Virus record (IMG/VR): IMGVR_UViG_3300050821_010673
Span: 3,325-67,324 of that record
Length of the DNA stretch: 64,000 bases
Origin: a virus
Reading direction: 5' to 3' (one strand)
How positions within the stretch are numbered: the first letter of the stretch is position 1; each line of letters starts with the position of its first letter. The notes beneath the pieces are model-generated. The model was not told the DNA's origin. It did no database searches and saw only the letters and a list, made by a program, of their open reading frames with translations. Below are positions 20,126 through 30,541 of the stretch, one piece after another. Made by a program: the position numbers and the translations under genes.

Positions 20126-21049
20126 ATGGTAGAGTGCCAGCTCCGCCTCCACCCGACGGCCGGGCGGCACTACGTCCACGTCTTTCCGAGCGATCAGTTC
20201 CTCTGGGAGATCCGGGACTGCTACCTGTCGGCCGCGCGTCGGATCCCGTGGATGTCTGTCGACAACCTGCCGTACTGGAATGTCCACAGGCCGGAGTGGG
20301 ACGAGCCGGAGCGGATCGTGATCTTCTGGGGCTGCATCCCGGAGTACATCCCGAGCCACCGGAAGGCCGCCGCGGTCCTTCGGTACACGGAGTCGGTCGG
20401 CATCCCGGAGGGGCTGAATTCCGTCCAGAACTCGATCGTCGAGAGATTCTCTTACTGTCCGGACCGGTTTGACCTGCTGCTCGGTGGAACATCGACGGTC
20501 GCAAACTTCTGGGCTGGGAAGTACCGGGAGACGGCCTTCGCGCCGATCGGCTACGAACCTGCGATCCTGGGGCGTCCGCATTGGCCGACCAAGACCACCG
20601 ACATCGCCTTTCGTGGGAACGCCATAGGACGGAGGAACTGGATCCTTGGAAAGCTGAGAAAGTCGTTCCCGAAGCTTCTCTGGATCCACTCATTCGGTCT
20701 TGCGCGGAAAGTCGAGCTCGACCGATCCAAGATCGATCTGTATGTGGGTCATTCCGACGAGCCGAGCTTCCCCGGGATGCGCCTCTGGCAGGGGATTGCC
20801 TCGTCGGCGGCGCTGGTCACGGAGCCTCGGGACGCATTTCCAGCAGTAGCTGGGCGCCACTACCTGGAGATCCCGTCGGCCGATCCGGACATGTTCGGCT
20901 ACTTTGTCGAGAGCATCCGGGACATCCTTAAGGACGAGAAGACTCTTGAGCGGATCGCCAAGACCGCTCATATCGAGCTTTCGGCATATACGATCGACCG
21001 GTGCATGGAAGAGTTCGTTGTCCCGGCTACGAGGGGGTTGCACGGATGA
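20126..21049 (+). CDS. glycosyltransferase (CgeB/Glyco_trans_1_2-like)
   Basis: DIAFRG, SKIDL, MRLWQG..S.AALVTE, GRHY; start uncertain. Confidence 0.65.
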   Translation: MVECQLRLHPTAGRHYVHVFPSDQFLWEIRDCYLSAARRIPWMSVDNLPYWNVHRPEWDEPERIVIFWGCIPEYIPSHRKAAAVLRYTESVGIPEGLNSVQNSIVERFSYCPDRFDLLLGGTSTVANFWAGKYRETAFAPIGYEPAILGRPHWPTKTTDIAFRGNAIGRRNWILGKLRKSFPKLLWIHSFGLARKVELDRSKIDLYVGHSDEPSFPGMRLWQGIASSAALVTEPRDAFPAVAGRHYLEIPSADPDMFGYFVESIRDILKDEKTLERIAKTAHIELSAYTIDRCMEEFVVPATRGLHG

Positions 21050-21888
21050 TGCCAATGATCGTGAACCTGACGCCGACCGGGATGGTCCCGACGAAGGCGA
21101 TGACGCCGTACGTGCCGATCTCGGTAGGCGAGATCGTCGAGGAGGTCCTCTGGTGCCACGGCAGCTTTGGTATCACGTCGGTCCATCTACACGCCCGTGA
21201 CGAGAATGGCCAGCCGACGTACAAGAAGGAAGTCTACGGCGCCATCATCGAGGGGATCCGCCGGAAAGCTCCGGAGCTTGTCATCTGCGTCTCGCTCTCC
21301 GGCCGAAACGTCCAGGACCTCACGAAGCGTGCGGATCCTCTTAAGCTAGAAGGCGCGCTCCGGCCGGACATGGGATCGCTGACGCTCTCGTCGCTGAACT
21401 TCTCGTCCCAGGCGTCTGTCAACGATCCGTCGGTCATCCAAGCACTGGCGAATCTGATGGAGAGTTACGGGGTCGTCCCGGAGCTCGAGATCTTCGACCT
21501 CGGGATGGTCAACTACGCGAGGTACCTCCTCGCGAAGGGGCACATCCGTGCTCCACTCTACGCGAACATCTTCCTCGGGAACATCGCCGGTGCGCAGTTC
21601 GATCTCCTGCACGCTGGACTGCTCGTCCGGGATCTCCCTAGGGAGACCATCTGGTCCTTCGGCGGAATCGGCGACGCGCAGTTCCAGGCGAACATGCTGG
21701 CGGCGGTCTCCGGCGGTGGAGTTCGAGTAGGCCTAGAAGACTCAATCTACCTGGACCACGAGCGCCAGACTCTGGCGACGAACATGCGGATGGTCGAGCG
21801 TGCCCACCACCTCGCGAAGATGGTCGGTCGCCGGGTCATGACCCCGAACGAGTTCCGGACCAAAATGCACATGGGAGGACAGCGATGA
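21046..21888 (+). CDS. beta-keto acid cleavage enzyme (BKACE/Kce family)
   Basis: PTG, VHLHARD, PELEIFD, GGGVRVGLED. Confidence 0.9.
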   Translation: MMPMIVNLTPTGMVPTKAMTPYVPISVGEIVEEVLWCHGSFGITSVHLHARDENGQPTYKKEVYGAIIEGIRRKAPELVICVSLSGRNVQDLTKRADPLKLEGALRPDMGSLTLSSLNFSSQASVNDPSVIQALANLMESYGVVPELEIFDLGMVNYARYLLAKGHIRAPLYANIFLGNIAGAQFDLLHAGLLVRDLPRETIWSFGGIGDAQFQANMLAAVSGGGVRVGLEDSIYLDHERQTLATNMRMVERAHHLAKMVGRRVMTPNEFRTKMHMGGQR

Positions 21889-22568
21889 GCAGACCGTTCG
21901 TCATGTTCGGGTACTCGCACCTGTTCGGGGACATCGTCGACTGCATCGAGTCGGTCGGTGGACAGCTCGAGCTGGTCGTCCTGAACGTTCCGGAAGATCC
22001 GCGTCCTGGGCGCGCCACTCTCGCCGAGCGGGTCGGCCGACTGAACTCCGACGTCGCGATCATTCGGAACTTCAGCAACTTCGCGAATAGCAATCTCCGT
22101 GAAAAATTCGGGAATCGCTGCGTCCTGGGGTTCTCCCGGAAGCAGGCGGTCCCTCTACTTGAGACTCTCGAGCACAGTCTGGCGATCCTCGGGAATCCGA
22201 TCGTTCACGCGACGGCGATCCAGCAGAAGGGCTCCAGGGTCGACTCCTGGTCGATCGTCAACGTCGGGGCGATCCTGGGGTCCTGGTCGTACGTCGGCCG
22301 ACACGTCATCGTGAACCGCGGCGCCTCGATTGGGCACGACGCGGTGATCCGGGACCACTGCGTCATCTCGCCGGGGGCCGTCCTGTGCAGCCACGTCCGG
22401 CTCGACGACGACGTTCTGGTCGGGGCGAACGCGACGATCCTGCCGGACGTCCAGGTCGGCGCCGGAGCGACGATCGCCGCTGGCGCTGTCGTCCGGGAGG
22501 ACGTCCCGGCGAACACGATGGTCGCCGGAGTCCCGGCCGTCGTCAAGAAGGGGCCGATAGAATTCTAG
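21885..22568 (+). CDS. PglD/NeuD-family hexapeptide-repeat acetyltransferase
   Basis: IGHD, hexapeptide repeats, AGAVVREDVP..VAGVPA. Confidence 0.9.
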   Translation: MSRPFVMFGYSHLFGDIVDCIESVGGQLELVVLNVPEDPRPGRATLAERVGRLNSDVAIIRNFSNFANSNLREKFGNRCVLGFSRKQAVPLLETLEHSLAILGNPIVHATAIQQKGSRVDSWSIVNVGAILGSWSYVGRHVIVNRGASIGHDAVIRDHCVISPGAVLCSHVRLDDDVLVGANATILPDVQVGAGATIAAGAVVREDVPANTMVAGVPAVVKKGPIEF

Positions 22569-23120
22569 GGTAGGGAGGGCCCTGGCGGAACACCCGCTTC
22601 GGACCCTCCCCAGGTTGGGGCGTAGTCTGACTGGATTATACAAGGAGATCGAAGATGCTAGTGGACCTCGTCCGGAAGATCGATGCGTTCGTCGCGAAGT
22701 ACGGCGGCCAGAACCAGGAGAAGTTCAAAGCCGACCTCATGGAGGTCGTCGAGGAGGCCGTCGGCCACGGCGAAGGGAAGGACCAGGGGAAGATCGTCGG
22801 AATCGCTTCGAAGCTCATCAAGGGCTTCTTCGGCAAGAAGGAAGACTGACCGTGAGGAAGACGAACGAGAAGACGAAAAGGACCATCTATAACTGCGACC
22901 GCTGCGGAAAGAAGTTCGCCGAGAGCTACCCTGGAGAGGCGACGGATCCGGCGGACACCAGCGTCAGACGTGGATCCCGCCTCTCGATGCCGGTCGTCGT
23001 CCGGAACAAGATTCACTTCGAGCTGGCCGACCTCTGCGGTCCGTGTACACTGTCACTTTCGAAGTGGTACACCCCGAAGAAGTCGGTGGCACAGTAAATA
23101 TCTTCTGTGCCACATTCTAT

Positions 23121-23150
23121 TTGACATAGTAATGTGCCATGTCATATTAA
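23121..23150 (+). promoter_or_regulatory. possible promoter next to a family A site
   Basis: TTGACA at 23121, AT-rich -10 region, TGACAT/ATGTCA inverted repeat. Confidence 0.4.
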
Positions 23151-23396
23151 ACTCGATATGCTTACAAAGAAAAACGGTTGGTGCAGGATCTCCTGCGGGG
23201 TCAATCTCCGTTCAAACGAGCGGACGATTGAAATTGAGGTTGGCGGTGACATCGGGTCAAGGCCGTTCATAATCGTAAAGATGACTCCGAAGGACTTCTC
23301 GGAAGCCCTTGTAAGTCACGTTGACCGACAGTGTCAGGTCGAAGATTTACGCGATTGAACTAAGTTTGGCGCGGAGAGCTCCTGGAGAAGAAGGAG

Positions 23397-23750
23397 GTGA
23401 GCATGTTCAAGAAGAGCATCGAGGCGATTATCGCCCAGGGTGTCAAGGATCTCGAGGCCGTCGTCAAGCAGACTCGTCAGGCGGCCGATGACGCGAAGAT
23501 CCGGGTCTCACAGTGTCAGTCCGAGATCCAGACGCTGGTCAATCTCGCGAATCAGGTCCCGGAGAAGGTATTCGATCGGTACTCGAACGTGCTCGTTGGA
23601 ACAATCGATCAGCAGGCAAGCTCTTCAATGGGCCTTTACGCACGCCTTCGTCTCAATACAGGAGAAACAGACCTACGTGGCTTCATGGGGCCAGAAGACG
23701 TGAAGTCAGGAAAGTACCGCGTCATTGTCCTCCTGGAACCGATCTCATGA
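23397..23750 (+). CDS. hypothetical protein
   Basis: AAGGAGG RBS; stop overlaps next ATG. Confidence 0.6.
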   Translation: MSMFKKSIEAIIAQGVKDLEAVVKQTRQAADDAKIRVSQCQSEIQTLVNLANQVPEKVFDRYSNVLVGTIDQQASSSMGLYARLRLNTGETDLRGFMGPEDVKSGKYRVIVLLEPIS

Positions 23751-24151
23751 GATTCAAGCTCGGTGACTTCATCGTCGAGACCGACGGCACCTACGCCATG
23801 GTAGAGTGCTCCGGAAAGAACCACACCTGGAATCCGTCCGATACGTTCCTCTGTCCATGGTGTGAGGAGGCCGCTGGGCGAGTCGCCGAGCACGTCCCGC
23901 AGAGGATGGATCATTGCCTGCCGTGCAGGAAGAATTTCGAGAGAGGTGAACGTCACTACTTCAAGCAGGGCGTTCCGGGATCCTCGATGTGCCTGGAGTG
24001 CGTAAAGAGGCATGGTCTCGATAAGTACAAGCACTGGCTCGTTACGGAGTGTCGCTTGTTCCACTACTGGACGGACGCCGAGGTCTCCCGTGGAAAACCG
24101 ATTGGCGAGTTCTCGCCGCCGGATTGCAAGAAGCTCTGTTGCAATTTATGA
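23747..24151 (+). CDS. Zn-finger-rich hypothetical protein
   Basis: CPWC, CLPC, CLEC. Confidence 0.55.
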   Translation: MRFKLGDFIVETDGTYAMVECSGKNHTWNPSDTFLCPWCEEAAGRVAEHVPQRMDHCLPCRKNFERGERHYFKQGVPGSSMCLECVKRHGLDKYKHWLVTECRLFHYWTDAEVSRGKPIGEFSPPDCKKLCCNL

Positions 24152-24796
24152 AGATGAACGAAAATCAGAAGACGGCTGTCGGATGCTCTATGAGCCTGAT
24201 CGGCTGCTTTACCATCATTATTCTATTCGCGGCGGTCGCTGGGATCTCCGTGAAGCTGTTTCATATGATCGCTCACTAAGGAGGCTTTATGTTCTGGTGG
24301 CTCTGGCGATTCCTGTGGTGGCCACGTTGGACGTATGAGATCGCTGTCGGCACCTCGCACGCAAGCGCCGAGGAGGCGAAACAAAACGCGCTGATCCAGG
24401 CCGGAAAGATCGGCGGCGAGATCGTCGGGATCGCGGCCGACGCCATGTGCTGCGGTGGCGAGCAGGGCGGTGCGGGCGCCGAGTGGGACGTCTACCTGCT
24501 CATCCGGAAGTAGCATGGTCGGCGGCTACATCCAGTGGACTGGTCTCAGCTTCCATGAGGTTAGGATCGACGAAGAGTCGCTTCATGGGAAGGAGATCAC
24601 CCAGGACATGCTCTACCACATGTTCGCCTCCGGGCTGTTCGACTACGTGAGAGTTAAGTTCAAGTGGAGCGACGACGTCACGGCGTACGGCCGGGACAGG
24701 ATGATGAAGTTCGTCCAGGAGCTGGACCGGCTGGAGATCCGGCGACTGCGGGCGGAGCTGGCCGAGCTGAAGGAACGGAAGAAGGACTGAAGAGAA

Positions 24797-25003
24797 ATGG
24801 ACAAACCGGAAGACGGCGGCGCGGCATTCCCGTACGACAATCCCGACGACGGCGAGCGCGGAATGTCGCTCCGGGACTACTTCGCCGGTCAGGTGATTGG
24901 TCTGTACCTCACTCAAGATTCTCCGAAAATCGCGGCACGTCTAGCCTACAAGCTCGCGGATGACATGATCGAGGCACGTAACCTGTCGAAGGAGCAGCCA
25001 TGA
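24797..25003 (+). CDS. phage hypothetical protein (LRDYFAG family)
   Basis: GGAAFP..GMSLRDYFAG..AYKLADDMIEAR. Confidence 0.75.
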   Translation: MDKPEDGGAAFPYDNPDDGERGMSLRDYFAGQVIGLYLTQDSPKIAARLAYKLADDMIEARNLSKEQP

Positions 25004-25278
25004 ACCGGATCACGCTGAATGGAAAGAAGTCGTCGAAGCTAGAGCCGGTTGAACTCGTTCCTCCTGGATTCTCACTGAAGATCTCCGCCGATTCGTCGAA
25101 CTCCGGGAGAGTCTACATCTGGTCAAGCAAGAGAACCTGATACGAGAAAGAGAAGTACGTCGTCCTCGAGCCGGGAGCCTGGATCACCCTGGCCGTTGGA
25201 TCGTCCGGAACGGTCTTCGCGCGCGGTAGTAAAGACGGACAGGTGATCTCGTTCACGACGGTTGAGGGGATTAGGTAG
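25000..25278 (+). pseudogene. paralog of virion protein 58456-58869 with in-frame TGA
   Basis: VPPGF..A...NSGRVY..*..LEPGAWITLA aligns with VPNGF..A...NNGTIY..LEPGAFVELA; TGA at 25138-25140. Confidence 0.6.
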
Positions 25279-25306
25279 ATACTTTAGAGCTGAACGGAGA
25301 AGAGGA

Positions 25307-25750
25307 ATGAAGGTCTACATCGCTGCCAGCTGGAAGCACCAGCACGCTGTCGAGATGCTGACGTCCATGCTTCGGGACCGAGGTCACGAGGTCCTGTCGT
25401 TCGTCGAGAACAATCATGGCGAGCAGAAAGGTCATGAGGCGACGAAGGACGGGAAGTCGATGCCGTTCGACGACTGGGTCTGGTCGCAGCGTGGGAAGGA
25501 CTCGTTCGACTACGACACGAACAGCGCCATGAACTCTGACTGTGTTCTGTATATCGGTCCGTCTGGGAAGGATGCCTCGGCTGAGCTCGGAATGGCTTTT
25601 GCGCGCGGTGTAAAAATCATCGGCCTATACGCCAAGGGCGAAGACTTTGGCTTGATGCGCCGGATGGTAGAGTGGGTTCATAGCTACCAGCAGATGCTTG
25701 GTCTGGTCGAGCTCCACGACACTGTAATATCAGCTAGGCGGCACAATTGA
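25307..25750 (+). CDS. nucleoside 2-deoxyribosyltransferase-like protein
   Basis: MKVYIAAS, D...M.SD, SGKDASAELGMA. Confidence 0.7.
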   Translation: MKVYIAASWKHQHAVEMLTSMLRDRGHEVLSFVENNHGEQKGHEATKDGKSMPFDDWVWSQRGKDSFDYDTNSAMNSDCVLYIGPSGKDASAELGMAFARGVKIIGLYAKGEDFGLMRRMVEWVHSYQQMLGLVELHDTVISARRHN

Positions 25751-25776
25751 CCTATTGAGTGCCAAGGGAGGACACG

Positions 25777-26010
25777 ATGATTCCGCCGGAAGCATGGAAC
25801 AAACTACAGGCCGCCCTGGAGAAGGAAGCTCCATTTGCAATCCCGTTCGGGCTCACTCTTAGGGACCACTTCGCTGGGATTGCCCTCCAGGGGATGCTCG
25901 CGTCAGGAAGCTATAGTCCAAAGCAAGACCTTAGCGAGATTGCCTACGATCAGGCCGACAAGATGCTCGCGCGTAGGAAGGCTACACTGACGGCACAGAA
26001 GCCGAATTGA
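25777..26010 (+). CDS. phage hypothetical protein (LRDHFAG family)
   Basis: GLTLRDHFAGIALQGMLA..AYDQADKMLARR; bounded by two family A sites. Confidence 0.75.
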   Translation: MIPPEAWNKLQAALEKEAPFAIPFGLTLRDHFAGIALQGMLASGSYSPKQDLSEIAYDQADKMLARRKATLTAQKPN

Positions 26011-26027
26011 GTGCCAAAGGAGAAGCC

Positions 26028-26246
26028 ATGGATGATGCCGGGCTGAAGGAGATCCAGGATAAGCTCAAGGAGTTTATCGGCCAAAAAGGGGTCTACGTCC
26101 TGATGGTATTTGACGGCCAGGATACCCGATGCTGGGCCGATGGTGACAGTCGACTGAAGATGCGCGGTCTCTTGGAATGCGGATACGATCTTCTCCGGGA
26201 CGGGCTGACACCGCCAGCTAAACCATTACCTACGGATCAAAACTAG
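26028..26246 (+). CDS. hypothetical cassette-like ORF
   Basis: AAGGAG RBS; bounded by two family A sites. Confidence 0.6.
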   Translation: MDDAGLKEIQDKLKEFIGQKGVYVLMVFDGQDTRCWADGDSRLKMRGLLECGYDLLRDGLTPPAKPLPTDQN

Positions 26247-27014
26247 TAGGCACAGAAGGCAGATTGAGTGCCACTGGAAGAAGGAGGTATCTATGGGAAT
26301 GGGAATGCCGATCAGCAATCTCCATCGAGTTATTCGTACTCTGGAGAAGACGTGGCAGGCGTGGTGGGAGGAAACGAATCCGAAGCGGAAAAGGAAGCTA
26401 GAGGATAACTTCGAGTACCTCTTAGCGGAAGCGCACACATTTCTTGGATATGTCGACGAGGAGTGGCGCGAAGCTTTCCAAAAGCCGTCGAAAACGCCCG
26501 AATATGACCAGAAGCTCCAGCACGATCTTGTGAACAACTTCGTGCCAGAGTACGACAGGAAGAAGAAGGCTCTGTAGGAGGATCTATGATTGCGACCTGT
26601 ACTGTCTGCGGCGCCCTATACGAAGCTGGCAGCGAGGAGCAGGCTTACGAACCCGTTCGCTACTGTGGCGGAACTAAATGCGTGAAGGCTGGAGAACGGA
26701 AGACTGAGTCACTCCGTGAATACCTGGACCGGAAAAACATAAAGACGGCTGACTGAGGTAAAGAATGCCAAATCAAACGTTCCACTTAGACGAGGAGATG
26801 TCTCTGATGCTTGAGATGTGCGTCAAGCTGAAGATCATCCATCAGATCGTGATCTTCAAGGACGACTCCGACCGGGCGTACGAGAAGTCCATCCAGATCT
26901 CGGATCCGTCGAGAGATCCTAATTGGATCAGAATTAATTCCATAGCGACGCTCGTCGATGTCGTGTCCGAGCGGAAGTTGGGCACCTTGGCACAGAAGAG
27001 GTAAAGAGTGCACG

Positions 27015-27284
27015 ATGGATCAAATACAGCGCGATAGCAAGAACCTGATCGACGACCTCATGGTTCAGCTCGCGAGTAAGGGGTACTTCGCGGTTGGGGT
27101 CATCGTGTACAACGAGAACGCCACCTCAGACCATGAGGCAGTCAAGGTCGGCTGCGCCATAGATTTCTACTCGCACCCAAAGATGAGACCGATCGTCATT
27201 CGGATGCTTCGGAACGTGGCGACCATCCTTGAGGCTGGCGCTGGGAAAGCAAAGGTCGATGTGATCGAGATTCCGGAACCGTAG
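27015..27284 (+). CDS. hypothetical cassette-like ORF
   Basis: Bounded by family A sites 26989 and 27288. Confidence 0.55.
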   Translation: MDQIQRDSKNLIDDLMVQLASKGYFAVGVIVYNENATSDHEAVKVGCAIDFYSHPKMRPIVIRMLRNVATILEAGAGKAKVDVIEIPEP

Positions 27285-27318
27285 GTTGGCACAGAAAAGG
27301 TGAAGAGTGCCCAAAGAG

Positions 27319-27801
27319 ATGAAGGTTCCCTGCCTGATGATCATCTCCGGAGGTCAGACCGGCGTCGACCGCGCGGCCCTGGACTTCGCGATCGACAGCG
27401 GCCTGCCGTACGGAGGATGGATTCCGAAAGGACGACGGACAGAGGACGGCAGGCTTCCCGACAAATATGTGGGAATGAAGGAATGCCCTGTCACTAGCTA
27501 TCCGGCAAGGACCAGGGCGAACGTCTCCGAAGCGCACGCGACCGTCGTCTTCACGTCGGGGCCGATCAACGATGAGCCCGGCTGCCTTTTGACGGTGAAG
27601 CTATGCAAGGAGCTCCAGAAGCCGTTCTACGTCATCAACCTCGAAGGGAGTGACGTTCGGGCGGCGGCCGACTTCCTGTGGGTGTGGCTCCTCGAGCACC
27701 GGCCCAGCGTCCTCAACGTGGCCGGTACACGGGGGAGCATGAAGCCGGACGTCGAGAAGGTGAAGGCCATCCTGAAGGCCGCGTTGACACAGAAAGGCTG
27801 A
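27319..27801 (+). CDS. SLOG-superfamily 'putative molybdenum carrier' protein
   Basis: IISGGQTGVDRAALD, GGWIPKGRRTEDG, Y.ART.ANV, LNVAG. Confidence 0.85.
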   Translation: MKVPCLMIISGGQTGVDRAALDFAIDSGLPYGGWIPKGRRTEDGRLPDKYVGMKECPVTSYPARTRANVSEAHATVVFTSGPINDEPGCLLTVKLCKELQKPFYVINLEGSDVRAAADFLWVWLLEHRPSVLNVAGTRGSMKPDVEKVKAILKAALTQKG

Positions 27802-28309
27802 AGAGTGCTCCTAAGGACACCACTGTGGGCGCGTCCGATCTGCCCGTACTACCTGCGTCTCGGGTTGTGTGGCGTCGATCTCGTGACGACGTGGCATCAC
27901 GTTCCAGTCTTCGGAATCTACCTGACTAGAAATGATATTGGGTTCTTGATTATGGGAGCGAAACTCTTCAATCTCTGGAGCGGCTGGAAACTTGGATTAT
28001 TGTGGCGGGCTATAAAGGTCGGAGTACGGTATCCGATCTGAAGAGGATTGAGCAGTGGGAACCAAAAAAGCCTATCTGACATTCGGCTACTACGTGATCG
28101 ACAGCAGCCGTCGAAGAGAGGCCGCCCATCTCCGTCGCTGGCGGACAGCGAACAAACACGGCCTGCTGATTTGCGTCGACTGTGGATACTCTTGGCTGAA
28201 AGTAAATGGCGCGAAGATCAGCCTGGACGGCGAGGTCGAGTGTCGCGACAAGGGCGACTGTTTCCGACGTCGGATGATGCGGATGAGGGTCAAGGGAAAG
28301 AACTAGGGC

Positions 28310-28645
28310 GTGTACACGATGACTTCTAGGCCCTGGAAGTTCTCGCCGCACGCCATGGCACGGCTCGCCAAGCGGATCGGCCTACTGATGGATATGGCAG
28401 CCGAGGCCGAGATCTCGAAGGCCTTGAACTCGAGTCAGGCGAAGCTCATCAAACTTCATTACGGACGGCTCATATACGAGATCCAGGTCTTTGGGGTCAG
28501 GTTGATCGCGGTCTGCAGTCCGGAGGATCACGTCGTCGTCACTTTCCTCGACATGAAACGATGGAGCCGTAAAAGGAACTGCCGTCGGAAGCGTCACAAG
28601 AACTTCAGTCCGAAGGAAGCGACAGTGGAAGGAGAAGAGGAGTGA
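28310..28645 (+). CDS. hypothetical protein (DUF4258-like motif)
   Basis: FSPHAMARLAKR ... VVVTF. Confidence 0.5.
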   Translation: MYTMTSRPWKFSPHAMARLAKRIGLLMDMAAEAEISKALNSSQAKLIKLHYGRLIYEIQVFGVRLIAVCSPEDHVVVTFLDMKRWSRKRNCRRKRHKNFSPKEATVEGEEE

Positions 28646-28912
28646 GTAAGAGACCGCCGATGGAGTGTCCGAAGTGCGGGAAGACCGTCCTCCTGATCAC
28701 TCGGAACTGGGGAACGAAGCGTCGATGGACGACCGTCGAGATCCACCACCACGAGGACGCACGTCGTTACGAAGTTGGGGCGCCTCCGAGAATCTGCGTG
28801 GTCCGGATGTCGTTCGTCCAAAGCCAGAAGCTCATAGACAAGCTGGCGTGAACATCTAGACCTACCCAAAGAAATCTGGCACACTAGGAGATCGAACAGG
28901 GGAGGCGGATCC

Positions 28913-30046
28913 GTGAGAGAGAACCCCGGCGACGTCATTGACGCGACCTTCGCTAACCGGGACATCGGCATCAGCAAGCTCGAGTCCGTCGAGCTCGAGA
29001 TGCACCCGTTTCCGAAACGTGGCGAAGTCATCATCCAGGCCCGGCAAAAAGGCAAGATGGTCGAGGTCGACGCCTTCGACCAGTGGGACGGCGACCCCTT
29101 CATCCTGTTCTCAGAGCCGATCGAGGTGCCGGTCGGCGGGAAGATCTGCCTGACGAATGGCGCGCCGTTCTTCACGGCGAACCGGAAGATGGCGTCGATC
29201 TCGTTCGGGATCCCGGCCGGTCCGGTCGAGCACGTAAGCGGTGCCTGTCCGTCCTCGGCGCTTCCGGACACCTACCGGAAGCACTACGCGCTCGGCGACG
29301 TCGACCCGCGTCCGATGGACTACGACGAGCAGATCTGCCGGAAGTGCTACGCGAACAAGGGCAACTTCATGTACGAGCTGCAGCAGATGTACCAGACGGC
29401 TCGTTTCCGGTGGATCAAGGAGTCCCTGAGGGACGACCCGTCCGGCGTCCAGCTCGCCGAGGACCTCGGCGCCGCCGTCGAGACCGCCTCCCGGAACACG
29501 AAGAAGCGTGGCAGGGAGGGCGAGAGTCCGGACTTCGTCCGGATCCACGACTCCGGCGACCTCTTCGACATGCGCTACTGGCGGGCCTGGAAGACCGTCG
29601 TCGAGTCCCTGCCGCACCTGAAGTTCTGGTGTCCGACTCGCATGTGGATGCTGCCGGTCTACACGGCAGAGTTCCAGAAAGGCGTCCCGGAGAATCTGGC
29701 GCTCCGGCCGTCGGCCTACCACTTCAACGAGCGGGCGCCCATGATCCCAGGCCTCGCCGCGGGATCGACGGCGAACTACTGGGAGACGAAGAAGGGCGGC
29801 CTGCAGGTCGATCCGCTCAAGTCCGGGATCGCCGACTGGTCCTGCCCTGCGTACGTCGACGGCTGGAAGTCCTGCTCCGGCGCGCTCGAGCGCGTCGGGA
29901 AGATCTGGACCGGCCAGAACCGAGAGGCCCTGGACCGGCTCCTCGAGACGATGACCCCCGCCGAGCGGAAGGCGACGGACAACTGCAAGGACTGCCGGGT
30001 CTGCTGGCTACGGAATGACATGAGGGTGAGCTACACGGCTCACTGA
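28913..30046 (+). CDS. phage Gp88-like Cys-cluster protein
   Basis: SFGIPAG, ACP, ICRKCYANKG, FVRIHDSGD, FWCPTR, CPAY, CKDCRVCW. Confidence 0.7.
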   Translation: MRENPGDVIDATFANRDIGISKLESVELEMHPFPKRGEVIIQARQKGKMVEVDAFDQWDGDPFILFSEPIEVPVGGKICLTNGAPFFTANRKMASISFGIPAGPVEHVSGACPSSALPDTYRKHYALGDVDPRPMDYDEQICRKCYANKGNFMYELQQMYQTARFRWIKESLRDDPSGVQLAEDLGAAVETASRNTKKRGREGESPDFVRIHDSGDLFDMRYWRAWKTVVESLPHLKFWCPTRMWMLPVYTAEFQKGVPENLALRPSAYHFNERAPMIPGLAAGSTANYWETKKGGLQVDPLKSGIADWSCPAYVDGWKSCSGALERVGKIWTGQNREALDRLLETMTPAERKATDNCKDCRVCWLRNDMRVSYTAH

Positions 30047-30049
30047 ACG

Positions 30050-30541
30050 ATGAACCTGATCGCCGAATTCGAGCGGTTCCAGGCGACCCACCCGCAGGCG
30101 AACCCCGTCCGCGAGTCCGAGACGACCGCCTTCATCCAGCACCTCTCCGAGGTGGGCACGCTCGGGGACTTCACGGACGTCGACTGGCTGAGGCTCGCCG
30201 AGAAGCTCGGCCTGACCGACGACCAGTACGCCGCGATGTTCGAGGGAACGGCGTCCTGGATCATCCAGGAGCCGATCCCCGTCCAGGACCAGGAATACGC
30301 CGACTGGCCGGACGAACTGCCTCACGGAACGTCGAGTTCCGCACCGGTAACCAGGGGTAATCCGCCGAAATCCGCCGTCCGAGGATCCCGTGAGTTCGGG
30401 ATCCTCCTGCGGGAGCTGATGGACGAGTGGGAGCTGTCCCGGAGGACCGTCGACCGGATCGACGAGATCCGGAAGGTCGGGCGCGACTTCGAGATCCGCA
30501 TGGCGGGCTCGCGCACCTGGGAGCAGCTGGTCGAGGAATGA
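30050..30541 (+). CDS. hypothetical protein with NP motifs
   Basis: QANP, RGNP. Confidence 0.6.
   Translation: MNLIAEFERFQATHPQANPVRESETTAFIQHLSEVGTLGDFTDVDWLRLAEKLGLTDDQYAAMFEGTASWIIQEPIPVQDQEYADWPDELPHGTSSSAPVTRGNPPKSAVRGSREFGILLRELMDEWELSRRTVDRIDEIRKVGRDFEIRMAGSRTWEQLVEE

Noticed and set aside
23786-23810. Additional family A site GGCAC-N15-GTGCT
   Set aside because: Spacer is 15 nt and it lies inside an ORF, so it was not counted, although it shares CATGGTAGAGTGC with the 20115 site.
25740-27809. CRISPR array
   Set aside because: Repeats are degenerate and separated by 230-700 nt coding sequences; no cas genes.
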